From assembly GCA_951406725.2 (NCBI GenBank), contig OX597823.1, positions 91,016,001-91,080,000 on the forward strand: 64,000 bases of DNA, in the 5' to 3' direction. Positions 1 through 12,096 of this stretch are shown piece after piece. Position numbers and translations under genes: made by a program. This DNA comes from Octopus vulgaris. Its lineage: Eukaryota. Positions within the stretch are counted from its first letter, which is position 1. Each line of letters starts with the position of its first letter. The notes under the pieces are model-generated. The model did no database searches and was not told the origin of the DNA. It worked only from the letters and a program-made list of their open reading frames with translations.

Positions 1-293
1 TATCTATGTGTTGGCTAAAAGCTATTTTTCTGTTTTGGGGAATTTTTATCTGGGATCTGTGCAGGGCCATTCGTTTACGCAAACCATTTTTTGTTTGGCC
101 TATGTACTGCTCTTGACACCCGGAGCAGGTTAGTGAGTATATTAGGTTCTCCGAAGCACATGTGAAGTTGCTTTTCACTGTAAACCGTTGTCCCTGTTTG
201 AAGGAGAACTCAGAACCCTCGATTAGATAGTCGCATATCCCGCAATTGGGTCTTCCACATTTTTTTACTGTCGGCTTCTGTGTTGAAGAGTGA

Positions 294-1409
294 TATGGCA
301 GCCCTTTCTCCATCTACATAGAAAACAACTGGAAGAGATATCTAGATGACTGTTTCATCCTTTGGCATAAAAATATAGAAAAACTCATAGAATTCCAGAA
401 AATTTTAAACGGACTGGACGTAAACATCCAATTCACGATGGAATATAGCCAACAACAACTCCCCTTCCTCGATATCCTCATTAAGAAAGCTAATAATATA
501 ATAGAAACAGACATATACTATAAGCCTACAGACTCTAAGCAATATCTTCCATTCAATTCATGCCATCCCAGACACACCAGGATGAATATCCCCTTCAATC
601 TAGCAAAAAGGATATGCACTATAGTCTCTAACGCAAACACCAGAGACACACGACTACAAGAACTAAAAGATACCCTAATCACCAGGAACTATCCACCTTC
701 ACTTATTGACAAGTGCACTCAACGTGCCCTTCAACTTAACATCAAGGAACTGAGACATCCCAAATCAAAGAAAAACTTACAACCAAAAGCCTTACCATAC
801 ATCTCCACACACAACCCTCTCAATAACGAAGCCTTCGACACCATCCTCCACAACATACCCCTCCTAAAAAAAGACCACAGAATGAACACAATCCTCCAAA
901 CACACACGATCATAAAAAGCAAAAGACAGCCTAGATCCATGAAAAGTCTCCTTACACAAGCCCGAATTCACTCTTCAACACAGAAGCCGACAGTAAAAAA
1001 ATGTGGAAGACCCAATTGCGGGATATGCGACTATCTAATCGAGGGTTCTGAGTTCTCCTTCAAACAGGGACAACGGTTTACAGTGAAAAGCAACTTCACA
1101 TGTGCTTCGGAGAACCTAATATACTCACTAACCTGCTCCGGGTGTCAAGAGCAGTACATAGGCCAAACAAAAAATGGTTTGCGTAAACGAATGGCCCTGC
1201 ACAGATCCCAGATAAAAATTCCCCAAAACAGAAAAATAGCTTTTAGCCAACACATAGATACTTGCGCCAACAAAAAAACACCAAACTTCAGAATTTTCCC
1301 CCTCTACCAATTTAGGGACGATACAACCTCGAGACAAAGAATAAGTAAAGAAAATCTCTTTATTACAAAATACAAGCCACTTCTTAACGGGTCTACGACA
1401 AACAATTAA
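294..1409 (+). CDS. 5'-truncated Penelope-like element (Neptune-type) polyprotein: RT C-terminal half plus GIY-YIG endonuclease
   Basis: The frame of ORF 438-1409 is open upstream to 294 and reads WKRYLDDCFILW (RT catalytic YxDD at 339-350). It continues IQFTME..LPFLDILI..TDIYYKPTDSKQYLPFNSCHP (PLE RT/thumb), a CGRPNCGIC linker, and NLIYSLTCSGCQEQYIGQT..LRKRMALH..QH..KE..FI.KYKPLLN (GIY-YIG with CCHH). No stops. Confidence 0.95.
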   Translation, partial: YGSPFSIYIENNWKRYLDDCFILWHKNIEKLIEFQKILNGLDVNIQFTMEYSQQQLPFLDILIKKANNIIETDIYYKPTDSKQYLPFNSCHPRHTRMNIPFNLAKRICTIVSNANTRDTRLQELKDTLITRNYPPSLIDKCTQRALQLNIKELRHPKSKKNLQPKALPYISTHNPLNNEAFDTILHNIPLLKKDHRMNTILQTHTIIKSKRQPRSMKSLLTQARIHSSTQKPTVKKCGRPNCGICDYLIEGSEFSFKQGQRFTVKSNFTCASENLIYSLTCSGCQEQYIGQTKNGLRKRMALHRSQIKIPQNRKIAFSQHIDTCANKKTPNFRIFPLYQFRDDTTSRQRISKENLFITKYKPLLNGSTTNN

Positions 1410-2091
1410 TATACCTCAACTTTAGAATAAAAGAAAAAAATATATATACACACACAAATACTACACTCCATAGAATCCATTACTAATCAGCCCCTTCATA
1501 GCTATATTTACACCCATTCATATTCTCCCTTCTCTGTTTTTTTCTTCTTCTTCTTCTTCATCATCATCGTTATCATCATCATCGGCTTCATCATCATCAC
1601 CACCATCATCACCACCATCTTCTCCTTCTCCTCCTTCTTCTTCTTCTTCTTCTTCTTCATCATCATCGTTATCATCATCATCGTCGTCATAGTCATCACC
1701 ACCATCACCATCATCTTCTCCTTCTTCTTCTTCTTCTTCTTCTTCTTCTTCTTCTTCTCTCCCCCCCTACCCCTTAAGTTTGTCACTAATGTTTTTTAGT
1801 ATAACACCTACGCTAATTCTATAAACAATCCTGAATTGAACTGAGACTGCCAGCCGCCACTGACCATTCAAAATACGACCATCAGGGCACTCCCAGATTC
1901 TCCCACCCCCTTTCCTCACCAGCCTTCCCTCTACTACCCTACCAAGAACTCACAACTACCTCGAACACACAAGTGCAAACAAGGGAGTCAGAGAAAGGCA
2001 GAATGCCACCTAAATCTGAACACTACTATAGAAATATTCTTTTAAAAAAACTTTTCTTCTAATTTTTCTAAATTTAATTATTTAATCGTTA

Positions 2092-2129
2092 CAGTTGAAA
2101 AGGTCTCAAAATGACCGAAACCGGTACTG
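2092..2129 (+). ncRNA. Minimal type-I hammerhead ribozyme, U3-A8 core variant, in the PLE pseudo-LTR
   Basis: CAG | TTGAAAA | GGTC tcaaaat GACC | GAAA | CCGG TA^ | CTG. Helix I and helix II pair perfectly, helix III is the palindrome ACCGGT, and the cleavage triplet is GUA. Confidence 0.8.
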
Positions 2130-2178
2130 AAATGTTCACTATAAAATTATTTTAGCATTTTCTATTTTTTACTTGTTT

Positions 2179-2249
<71 letters not shown>

Positions 2250-2460
2250 TTATATAAAGGTTATAAGAGGTAATGGTGTCAGTAAGACCAAAAGTTTGAC
2301 TGTATACAAACTCTATACTTGGAATGACCAATTTTAAATACTATTGCATTTTACTCACATATGCAATATCCCTGCATATCTCACATCTATTTTCATTCCT
2401 CCACTTCACTCTCTTTTTCATATCGTATCTTTAACTATTGCTTAACCATTTTCTCACACT

Positions 2461-2508
2461 GTCTCTGATGAAGAGATATAATAAATATCCTTGAAACAGC
2501 TGTAAGAC
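2461..2508 (+). ncRNA. Minimal type-I hammerhead ribozyme with a canonical core
   Basis: GTCT | CTGATGA | AGAGATAT aataa ATATCCTT | GAAA | CAGCTG TA^ | AGAC. Helix III is the palindrome ACAGCTGT. Confidence 0.88.
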
Positions 2509-2825
2509 CTTCTATTCATAAATGCTCTAAAATCTTCACAGCCTTGGTTAATAAAATATTCCTGCATCTTTCAATGTGTAACTATTTATAATTCTTAAAA
2601 TCTAAACCTTTTCAATGCAGGTTTGATTTTTTATTAGAAACCAGTTACTTCAATATGAGAAGAACTTAAATAACCAAGACATAATGACAGATGTTTATAC
2701 AAAGACATACATGCATAAACAAAAATGTTAACCAACAACTTGAATAATCTTTATTCAAGAATATCCAATGGAAACGCAGGGTATTGGTCGGGTTAGTTCT
2801 TAAGTTATGATTTACATTTCAGAGT

Positions 2826-3452
2826 TAGGTAGATAGATGCAGAGAGAAAGGGAGAGTGAGAGAGAAGGAGAGAAAGAATTAGGAAAGAGAAAGAAAAGGA
2901 GAGGGAGAGATAGATGGAGATGGAGAGGGATAGATAGATAGAGGGAGAGGGAGAGATAGATAGATGGAGAAGGAGAGGGAGAGATAGATAGATGGAGAAG
3001 GAGAGGGAGAAATGGAAAGATAGATAGATACAGAGAGAAGGGAGAAAGAGAAAAGGAGAGGGAGAGATAGATAGAGAGATAAATAGAGAGAGAGGACAGG
3101 GAGAGAGATAGACAGATAAATAACTAGATAGACAGCGAGAGAGAGAGAGGAGGAAGAGAAGAGGGGAAGACATACATAGATAGATAGGAGAAAGAGAAAG
3201 AGGAGAGAGAAAAGGGGAGAAATAGATAGGCGGATCGAGAGATAGATAGATAGATAGATAGATAGAGAGGGAGAAATAGATAAATAGATAGATGGAGAGG
3301 GAGAGAGATAGGTAGATAGATAGACAGATAGACACAGAGACAGAGGAGAAGGAGAGAGAGAGACAGATATATATATACAGAGAGAGAAGGAGAGGGAAAA
3401 TGAGAGGGAGAGACATAGATAGAAAGAGAGAGAAAAAAAGAGAGAGCGAGAG
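2826..3452. repeat. Purine-rich (GA)n/(GATA)n low-complexity tract
   Basis: Directly visible. It explains ORFs 2805-3416 and 2879-3472. Confidence 0.9.
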
Positions 3453-3810
3453 TGAATATTAAAATGTATCAAATGAGTGTCATAAATTTTTGAAAAATAC
3501 CCTTTTTTTAAAATGAAATTTTGCAGAGAAAGGTTTTCAATGAAGTAGTTTGCAATTATGCGGATAAAGTTAGCAAAATAACAATCTATAATTTATTGTA
3601 AATATACAAGTGAGAAAATTGTTTTAACTAATTTTCAGGTAACAAATAAATATTTCTTTTTTAGGCAATTAATATCTCTTTTATAATCTTTCATAAGCAC
3701 AAATAAATTTAGTAAAAGTTAATTTAGAATTATTGTATGTTTGCCATATTCATTGATATTACTCTGGGTGGCAAAAATGTACTTTCAGAGTTACCTGTCA
3801 TATAAGACAA

Positions 3811-4065
3811 TGAGCTGGCAGAAACGTTAGCATGCCGGGTGAAATGCTTTGGTGAGCTGGCAGAAATGATTGCACACTGGGTGAAATGCTTAGTGGTATT
3901 TCGTTTGTCTTTACATTCTGAGTTCAAATTCTGCCAAGGTTGACTTTGCCTTTAATTCTTTCAGGGTTGATAAATTAAGTACCAGTTGCATACTGTGGTT
4001 GATCTAATCAACTGGCCCCCTCCCACAAAAAAAAAAATGGAGCCTTGTGTCTAGAGTAGAAAAGA
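3811..4065 (+). mobile_element. tRNA-derived SINE with a MetaSINE-like central domain (family B); head partly duplicated
   Basis: A box GAGCTGGCAGAA, B box GAGTTCAAATTC, and central GCCTTTxATxCTTTCxGGGTxGATAAATTAAGTACCAG. Further copies at about 8700-9430 (several), 19365-20250 (-, split), 56440-57240 (-, several), 58250-58690 (-), 61180-61410 (+) and 62720-62917 (-). Confidence 0.8.
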
Positions 4066-4113
4066 GATTACTTACCATATAACGGATAACACTCTTCTCT
4101 ATTTTATAATAAA

Positions 4114-4948
4114 CTAGCTTAAGGTGACCCGCTCTACACGTGGGTGAGAGTGTGGTTTATACTTTCTGTTGCTTCCTTTCTGTTTCTTATCCCCACATTC
4201 TCCCTCTTTGTTTCTCTCTCCTTTCTCTCTCACTTTCCCACTCTCTTACTCTTCCTTTCTGTCAGACTCTCCCTTGGTTTCTCTTACTCTCTATCTTTCT
4301 CTATCTATCTCTCTCCCATTTATAAAAAAACAAAAGATCTTGAGTAAGTTGAGAAAGAAAATATTTTGAAAGATCAATCATAAATATCAGGCAGTGACAA
4401 CGGAAAGCACACTTGCCTTTTGTACGAGCCACTATTTGAGCGATTAAAAATAAGGAAAAACAAGGATTTCTTTGTTAAATTTAGTACTTATTTTGGGAAT
4501 TTTTCAACGATTGACCATGCAAATGAAAGCTCTAAACACAGGTTACATACAGCTGTAAATTTCCTTCAGAAAAAATGAAAACCATAAACAATAAAAAATA
4601 AAAGGCAAAAATATGTAAAAATGAGAAATATTTTCAACTTCAAAAATCTTGCCTTAATTTTCAAAATTTTGAACCCATTTTCTTCACTTAAATTAGAAAT
4701 CCACTTCCATTTTATCATGTTGAAAATTTGATTGAAATCGGGCAAAAGTCGCCCAATGTAGTCCCCAAAATCAATAAAATCCTTGCTTACACACCAAAGC
4801 AACCACTGTAGCATCCCAAAACGTCTCCCAATCAATTTCTCACCTCAAGTTACCCCTCCTGTAAATTTTAATCCCCTTCCAGCCCCATTTAGACCCTTTT
4901 TACATAAAAATCCAATGCGTATCAAAGTTCACCTTCTTCATTTTATAG
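4114..4948 (-). mobile_element. Probable non-autonomous Helitron-like element
   Basis: The minus strand ends ACCCACG..AGCGGGT (hairpin) + about 9 nt + CTAG|T at 4114, the Helitron 3' signature. The 5' boundary is approximate. Confidence 0.45.
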
Positions 4949-5249
4949 GCAAATATAAATGTTAGTTGGTTGGCTGGTTGGTCGATCTCTCCTGTTATAT
5001 TTACATCAAATAGATGGAGTGGAGAGGGAAGGAAAGAATAAAGGAGAAATACAGAGGGAGATAATATAAAGTGAACAATAGGCTTGGTGGCAGGTAATGA
5101 GTAGAGGAATACTATACTCACACTCATCATAGAATTATGGGAAGACGAAGAGGAGGAGAGGAAGTAAATGACAAAAGTGGTATGCAAATAAAACATTTGA
5201 AATTTGTTTTATTTAATTCTATTTTAAAGTAATTTTATCTGTCACCTGC

Positions 5250-5623
5250 CTCAGTCATTTGATTGTGGCCATACTGGGGCAGTGGCTAAAAAGATATTTT
5301 AGTTGGGTGGATTGACTCCAGTACATGTGTTTTTAAGCCTAGAACTTATTCTATCAGTCTCTTTTTGCTAAACCACTATATTAAAGGATGTAAACAAACC
5401 AGTGCTATTTGCCAGGCAGTGATGAGGGACACACACACACACATACACACATACACATAAGGCAGGCTTCTTTCAGTTTCCATCTACCAAATTAACTCAC
5501 AAAGCTTTGATCATCCTGAGGCTTAGTAGGAGAAACTTGCCTAAGGTGCTGTGCAGTGGGATTGAACCCAGAACCATATGACTGGCAAGCAAGCTCCTCA
5601 TCACTCTGTCACACCTGCCTCTA
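5250..5623 (-). mobile_element. tRNA-derived SINE family A (CORE-like domain, internal microsatellite, CR1-like tail), diverged copy
   Basis: Colinear with the copy at 11061-11460. Confidence 0.8.
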
Positions 5624-5951
5624 CGTACACCTATGAAATCAAACTTAACAAAATAGCACCAACAAGTGCATCATACAATTGCCAACAGATGAATATTGAA
5701 TTAATAATTTCTTTACATTGGAGGTGAAGCTCTTCATTTCATTGAAACTATTGTCAAAGAAAATATCTCAATTGCAGAAGAATAAACGAAAACAACAAAA
5801 ACAAAAAAAAAAAAAAGAAGAAAACACACACACCTGATATCAAAGAACCAAATATCATTCTCACCTTCCTTTGGCTTCTTTGCTTTCATTTTTCTGATTT
5901 ATAAACTTCATTGCAATTACAATTGTTCCTATTATTATTATCATCATCATT

Positions 5952-5986
<35 letters not shown>

Positions 5987-6118
5987 TATTATTATCATCA
6001 CCATCATCATCATCATTATTATTATTAGTAGTAGTAGTAGTATTATTGTTGTTGTTGTTGTTATTGCTGTTGTTATTATTGTTATTGTTGTTGTTGTTGC
6101 TATTATTATTATATTATT

Positions 6119-6671
6119 GAGTGACAGAGCAGTGCATGCCATCAAAGTGACACTGTGGTAAAATATACGAAGCCCAGTATACCCATCATGACTACCCGTC
6201 TGATAAGAGTACACCAGGCACATGCATCACAACCATATGTGTGCGACATGGTGATCTCATATCAAGATAAACAGCACATGACCTTACAGGTGGGGCCCAG
6301 TTAGAATTGTTTCTGGTTGAGTAACCCATCCCACTCAAACGGTCCCTGAATACGTGTTGCTTAAGGATGTTGAACGAAACACCCAAGTTTCCAGAGGTGA
6401 ATTATTCAAACCCCAAAGAATCCCTCTCAACACATGGCTATGATGCTCCCCCACTACTTCTGCTCATGATCAGAGATGGATATATTGTCAGCCAGTAAGG
6501 GACATGCTCAACTGGTTAAAGTCAAACAACTGACAAGCAAATCTGTGGTATTAAGCAGAATATTTGCCGTAGCCTATCTTTTATACCAAGACAAAACAAT
6601 GAACGCGATAACGCTTCCGATCAGTTAAGATGAGAAGCCGTGAGTGCCACTGTCAGGTACTGCATCAAGGC

Positions 6672-6673
<2 letters not shown>
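6119..6673 (-). mobile_element. ~555-bp non-coding retroposon inserted in (AAT)n (family D), copy 1
   Basis: Colinear end to end with 7190-7745 and 46561-47116; flanked by (ATT)n on both sides. Confidence 0.9.
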
Positions 6674-6750
<77 letters not shown>

Positions 6751-7189
6751 TCCACCTTTGTTGATTGTATGTTCTCAAGAACCAGTGGGTAGATTCAGAT
6801 AAAACTTTCAGGGATGTTTGGCCTTGTGACTGGCATGAACTGTTAGATTTTGGGATCGATTTGGTCCTGGACAAGGATTTTGGATTATTTTTTTGTGTTT
6901 TTTTTATTCAATTTTTGAGAGCGGTCGGGTTCATTTTTTAGTAGTTTGTTAGAGCAGTTGAGTTTATTCAGATATTCTCATTTCAAAAATCATCTCTGGC
7001 TTATCATTGAGAAGACTTTGCAGTTGCCTTGGCAGAAGTTTGCCCTGAGTGCTCTTATTATTAATATTGTTAATATTCATTATCATAAATATTATTAATA
7101 TTTATTTTTTATTCCTCAGTCTTAGCTGTTATGCTAGCACCTTTGTCATGACTTTTGCTGCTCCTATTATTATTATTATTATTATTATT

Positions 7190-7745
7190 GAGTGAGAGAG
7201 CAGTTCATGCCATCAAAGTGACACTGGGGTAAAATATACGAAGCCCAATATACCCATCATAACTACCCGTCTGATAAGGGCACACCAGGCACATGCATCA
7301 CAACCATATGTGCGCGACATGGTGATCTCATATCAAGATAAACAGCACATGACCTTGCAGGTGGGGCCCAGTTAGAATTTTCTTCAGGTTGAGTAGCCCA
7401 TCCCGCTCAAACGGTCCCTGAATAAGGGTTGTTTAAGGATGTTGAAAGAACCACCCATGTTTCCAGAGGTGAATTATTCAAACCCCAAAGAATCCCCCTC
7501 AACACATGGCTATGATGCTCCCCCACTACTTCTGCTCATGATCAGAGATGCACATATCGTCAGCCACTAAGGGACATGCTCAACTGGTTAAGGTCAAACA
7601 ACTGACAAGCAAATCTATGGTATTGAGCAGAATATTTGCTGTAGCCCATCTTTTATACCAAGACAAAACAATGTACATGATAACACTTGCAATCAGTTAA
7701 GATCAGAAGCCATGAGAGCCATTGCCTGGTACTGCATCAGGGCAT
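7190..7745 (-). mobile_element. Family D element, copy 2
   Basis: Same termini as copy 1; embedded in (ATT)n. Confidence 0.9.
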
Positions 7746-7783
7746 TATTATTATTATTATTATCATTATTATTATTATCATTG

Positions 7784-7818
<35 letters not shown>

Positions 7819-7912
7819 GTTGTTGTTGTTGTTGTTGTGTTGCTGTTGCTGTTGCTGTTGTGTTGTGTTGCTGTTGTTGTTGTTGTTGCTGCTGCTGCTG
7901 CTGCTGTTGTTG

Positions 7913-7974
<62 letters not shown>

Positions 7975-7975
7975 T

Positions 7976-8588
7976 AATGTGTTGCACAGTATACAATATC
8001 ATGAGGTTGTTGATTGAAGATATTGTGTCTACCGAGGGTTTGCACTGTTTGTCGAGTCACAACAAGGACCTTAGACAGACAATACTTTATGAAATATGCA
8101 TGCAGGTCTAAGTAATGCCAACTTTTGCAATACACCTAGATGGTAGGGTATTTCTAAAGTTTCCAGATGTTTCTTCAGCTTTAGCAGTATTGAATCCAAT
8201 GCTCTGATGACAATAGGGACAATCTTTGCCAAATCTTAGCAACCTCAATTCTTAGATCTCCATATTTATGAAGCTGTTCTCTTTCTTTCATGATGATGTG
8301 TTGATCTCCTGGCACTGCCATATCAATTATTAGGCACTCTTGTTTTTCCCTCCTAAACGTTACTACATCTGGCCTCCACTGCTCTAACATCTTGTATGTC
8401 TGGAAGTCAAAGTCCCAGACAATTTTTGTCTTCCCCTTTTCATCCCTTACCTTTTCTGCTGTATGTGGGTACCAAGCACCCTTTACTTCATATCCATACT
8501 TATGACATAGTAGCCAGTGGAGGTTTTGGGCTATCTTGTCATGTCAACGCTTGTACTCTTTCTGCGCAAGACTTTCACAGGCACTAAC
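7976..8588 (-). pseudogene. 3' fragment of an R4/Dong-type non-LTR retrotransposon (restriction-like endonuclease)
   Basis: RPDVVTFRREKQECLIIDMAVPGDQHIIMKERE..KYGDLRIE matches the PD..D..KE..KY REL motif; frameshifted. The 3' end abuts (TAA)n, the known Dong target. Confidence 0.85.
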
Positions 8589-10726
8589 AATTAAGTACCA
8601 GTGAAGCACTGGGGTCGCTGTGATCGACCAGTCACCTCCTCCAAAATGTCAGGCTTTGTGCCTATAGTCAAAAGGATTATTATTATTATGAAGACAAAGA
8701 GCTGGCATAATCATTAGCACACCGGGTAAAATGCTTAGCGGTATTTCATCCGACTTTATGTTCAAATTCCACTGAGGCTGACTTTGTCTTTCATTCTTTT
8801 GGGGGGCCAATAAAATAAGGACCAGTTGAGTTAAGGGATTCACCCTCTCCCTCTTAAATGCTGGTCTTGTGCTGACATTTGAAACCATTATTATTATCAT
8901 TATTACCAAAGGCAGCGATCTGGTGGAATAATTCACCCATCAGACAAAATGCTTAGCAGCATTTCATCTCTTTTTACCCTCTGAATTCAAATGCCACTGA
9001 GGCCAGCTTTGTCTGTCATGCTTTTGGGGTCACTAAAATAAGTGCCAGTTTAGTACTGGGGGTTGATATAATTGACCTACCCTTTCTCTTTAAAATTGCT
9101 GACCCTGTGACAAAATTTGAAACAATTTTCCTCATCATCATCATCATCATCATCATCATTATTATTATTATTATTATTATTAAGGTGCTGAGCTGTCAGA
9201 ATTTTTAGCCCGTCAAACAAAACGCTTAGCAGCATTTTGTCCATCCTCAATGTTTTGGGTTCAAATTCTGCTGTGGTTGACTTCGCATTTCATTCTTTCA
9301 GGGTCAATAAAATAAGGACCAGTGGAGCAATGGGTGGGACGTGGGGGTGGTGGGCTGTTAGTATAATTCATTTACTTTCTCTCTTTAAAATTGCTAGCCT
9401 TGTGGCAACATTTGAAACAATTTTCATTATTATCACTTATATATTGTTGTTGTTGTTGCTTTTGTTAATATATTGTTGTTGTTGTTGATATCATAATTCA
9501 CATTTATTCATTTCTGAACTTTAAATTAATCTTTTTGTAATTTAGAGAAATTTTCTTTTCTCCTCAAATCTTTCTCTTCCTTCTTCTAATTCTTTCTCTT
9601 TCTTCTAATTCTCGTTAGTCATCGTCATCATCACCACCATCATCATTAACATCCTAACTATCATCATCACCACCACCACCACCACCACCACCACCACCAT
9701 CATCATCATCAACAACATTACAGTCACCATTGTTATCATCATCATCACCATCATCAATGTGATTGTGTTCATGACCCTTTCTTTCTTTCCCTCATCATCA
9801 TCACCTCTTTCTTTCTTTCCTTCTTTCCTTCTAGCTTTCTTTCTTTCTTCCCTTCTTTCCTTAATTCCTTCCTTCTTTCCTTCCTGCCTTCCTCTCTTTC
9901 TTTCTTTCTTTTTTCTTCCCTTCTTTCCTTCCTTCCTTCCTTCCTCCCTCTTTTTCTTTCTTACTTTCCTTCTTTCCTTCAATCTTTCTTTCCTTCCTTC
10001 CTCTCTTTCTTTCTTTCTTTCGTTCTTTCTTTCTTTCTTTCTTTCGTTCTTTCTTTCTTTCTTTCTTTCTTTCTTTCGTTCTTTCTTTCTTTCTTTCTTT
10101 CTTTCTTATTCTTTCTTTCTCTCTTTCTTTCTGTCTTCCTTTCTTTTTCTCATATCTTCTTTAAAAAAAAAAAATTTGCTACAAATTGGAATTGAAGTTA
10201 ATTTCTCTTATTTAATCTAACAATTAAATTGGTTTCTATTCTCAATAAAGCAACAACAGAAAAAAATAAAACAAACAAACAACCAAGAAAAACAACAAAA
10301 GAAACCACGAAAATTAAAAACTTAGAGCAACAACTATAACAAAAAAAAATTAAAACAAACAAACAAATCAATGTTTGCAATCTGAATTTTTTTTGTTGTT
10401 CTTGCTGTTGTTGTAGGCAAAAATGTTAAATTGTTATTTTTTTGTTTTGCTTTTGTGTTGTAGCACAATATTTTGTTTTGTTGCTGTTGTTGTTGTTTTG
10501 TTAATTACAGCTGCCGTGATTTTTGATTCCTGGAGAGAAATGTGTTGAGTTAGGATTTTTAGGGGGAGGGTGGGTTGGGGGCCCCTGAAACGTTTGTGGT
10601 GAGGCAAGTCCAGCCCTTGTGTTCATTCCATGCTGTTCTTATCTCTTTAGTATATATATGTATATATATGTGTGTGTGTGTGTATGTGTGTGTGTATGTA
10701 TGTATGTATGTATGTATATATACCAG

Positions 10727-11048
10727 ACGGAGACCCCTTTCAGTCATGAATGACCATAGGATTGCACCTAGAAAGGTCCCCTCCAAGGCACAAGTCCAGG
10801 CAAGGTTGTTTATGGAAGACTAGCGGTGACCCATGCATACCAGCCTTCCTTCTCTACACCACCGATGTTATCCAAGGGAAAGGCAAAGGGGCCGATACAG
10901 CTTGGCATTGCAACTCATTTTTACAGCTGAGTTAACTGGGGCAACGTAAAATAAAGTGTCTTGATCAAGAATACAACTGGTCTGAGATTCGAACTCACAA
11001 CATCATGGTCATAAGTTTGACACTCTAACCACTGAGCCATGTGCCTTC
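10727..11048 (-). mobile_element. tRNA-derived SINE with a V/CORE-like centre and an RTE-like tail
   Basis: Minus-strand head GAAGGCACATGGCTCAGTGGTTAGAGTGTC...GAGTTCGAATCTC (A and B boxes), then CAAGACACTTT..GTTGCCCCAGTTAACTCAGCTGTAAAAATG. Confidence 0.75.
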
Positions 11049-11060
11049 ACTATATATATA

Positions 11061-11460
11061 AGCGCAGCAGCGACTGTGTGGTAAGTAGCTTGCTAACCAG
11101 CCACATGGTTCCGGGTTCAGTCCCACTGCAAGGCATCTTGGGCAAGTGTCTTCTGCTATAGCCCCGGGCCGACCAATGCCTTGTGGGTGGATTTGGTAGA
11201 CGGAAACTGAAAGAAGCCTGTCGTGTGTATGTATATATGTGTATATGTGTGTGTATGTGTTTGTGTGTCTGTGTTTGTCCACCTAGCATTGCTTGACAAC
11301 CGATGCTGGTGTGTTTACGTCCCTGTCACTGAGCGGTTCGGCAAAAGAGACCAATAGAATAAGTACTGGGCTTACAAAGAATAAGTCCCGGGGTCGATTT
11401 GCTCGACTAAAGGCGATGCTCCAGCATGGCCACAGTCAAATGACTGAAACAAGTAAAAAT
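11061..11460 (+). mobile_element. SINE family A, full-length copy
   Basis: Head CTGTGTGGTAAG..GGTTCAGTCCC, CORE-like CTTGGGCAAGTG, central (TG/TA)n, and tail GCTCCAGCATGGCCACAGTCAAATGACTGAAAC. Other whole or partial copies at about 13590-13790, 15072-15510, 18320-18935, 24161-24322, 25058-25460, 26342-26760, 34340-34635, 36580-37140, 39290-39495, 48140-48485, 48940-49225, 54100-54482 and 61957-62120. Confidence 0.9.
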
Positions 11461-11463
11461 AAA

Positions 11464-11509
<46 letters not shown>

Positions 11510-11518
11510 ATATATATG

Positions 11519-11553
<35 letters not shown>

Positions 11554-11570
11554 GTGTATATATATATATG

Positions 11571-11601
<31 letters not shown>

Positions 11602-11868
11602 ATATATATATATGTGTGTGTGTATGTATGTATGTCTATGTATGTAGTATATATGGCAATGACCACCCTCGAATGTTGTTTCTCACGTACCTGCAGCACA
11701 TGTGCCGGTAAGGAGACATTGGCAATGGTCACGCTTGAATGGTGCTTTTTACATGCCACCAGCATGGGAGCCAATCAGCAGCCCTGGCAAAAACCATGCT
11801 CGGATGTGCCAATCAGGCAGTACTGTCATCAGCCACATCAGCAATTACACATGCATATATATATATAC

Positions 11869-11917
<49 letters not shown>

Positions 11918-12018
11918 CCTGCTCACTTAGCCAGCAGAGTGGCGTCATTTGAAGGCTAAAACAATGCGAAGTGCATTGTGACCAGCGATGTATAGCCTGG
12001 TTGGTCACGGTGATCACT

Positions 12019-12057
<39 letters not shown>

Positions 12058-12096
12058 GCACACACACACACATTCACACATACATACATATATATC

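Larger units (their letters stand above)
1..2183 (+). mobile_element. Young Penelope-like retroelement insertion with an inverted 5' duplication; runs off the left edge of the window
   Basis: Bases 1-293 are the reverse complement of 968-1260 with no mismatch seen. These are followed by the truncated ORF, a 3' UTR/pLTR with an HHR at 2092-2129, and an end at a (TA)n tract. Confidence 0.9.

Noticed and set aside
8155-8185. Minus-strand CTGAAGA..GAAA
   Set aside because: It lies within Dong coding sequence (LKKHLETL) and has no helix II.
10500-10580. Possible terminal exon (ttacag|..AVIFDSWREMC*) and G-quadruplex
   Set aside because: Too short, with no supporting upstream exons or recognisable homology.
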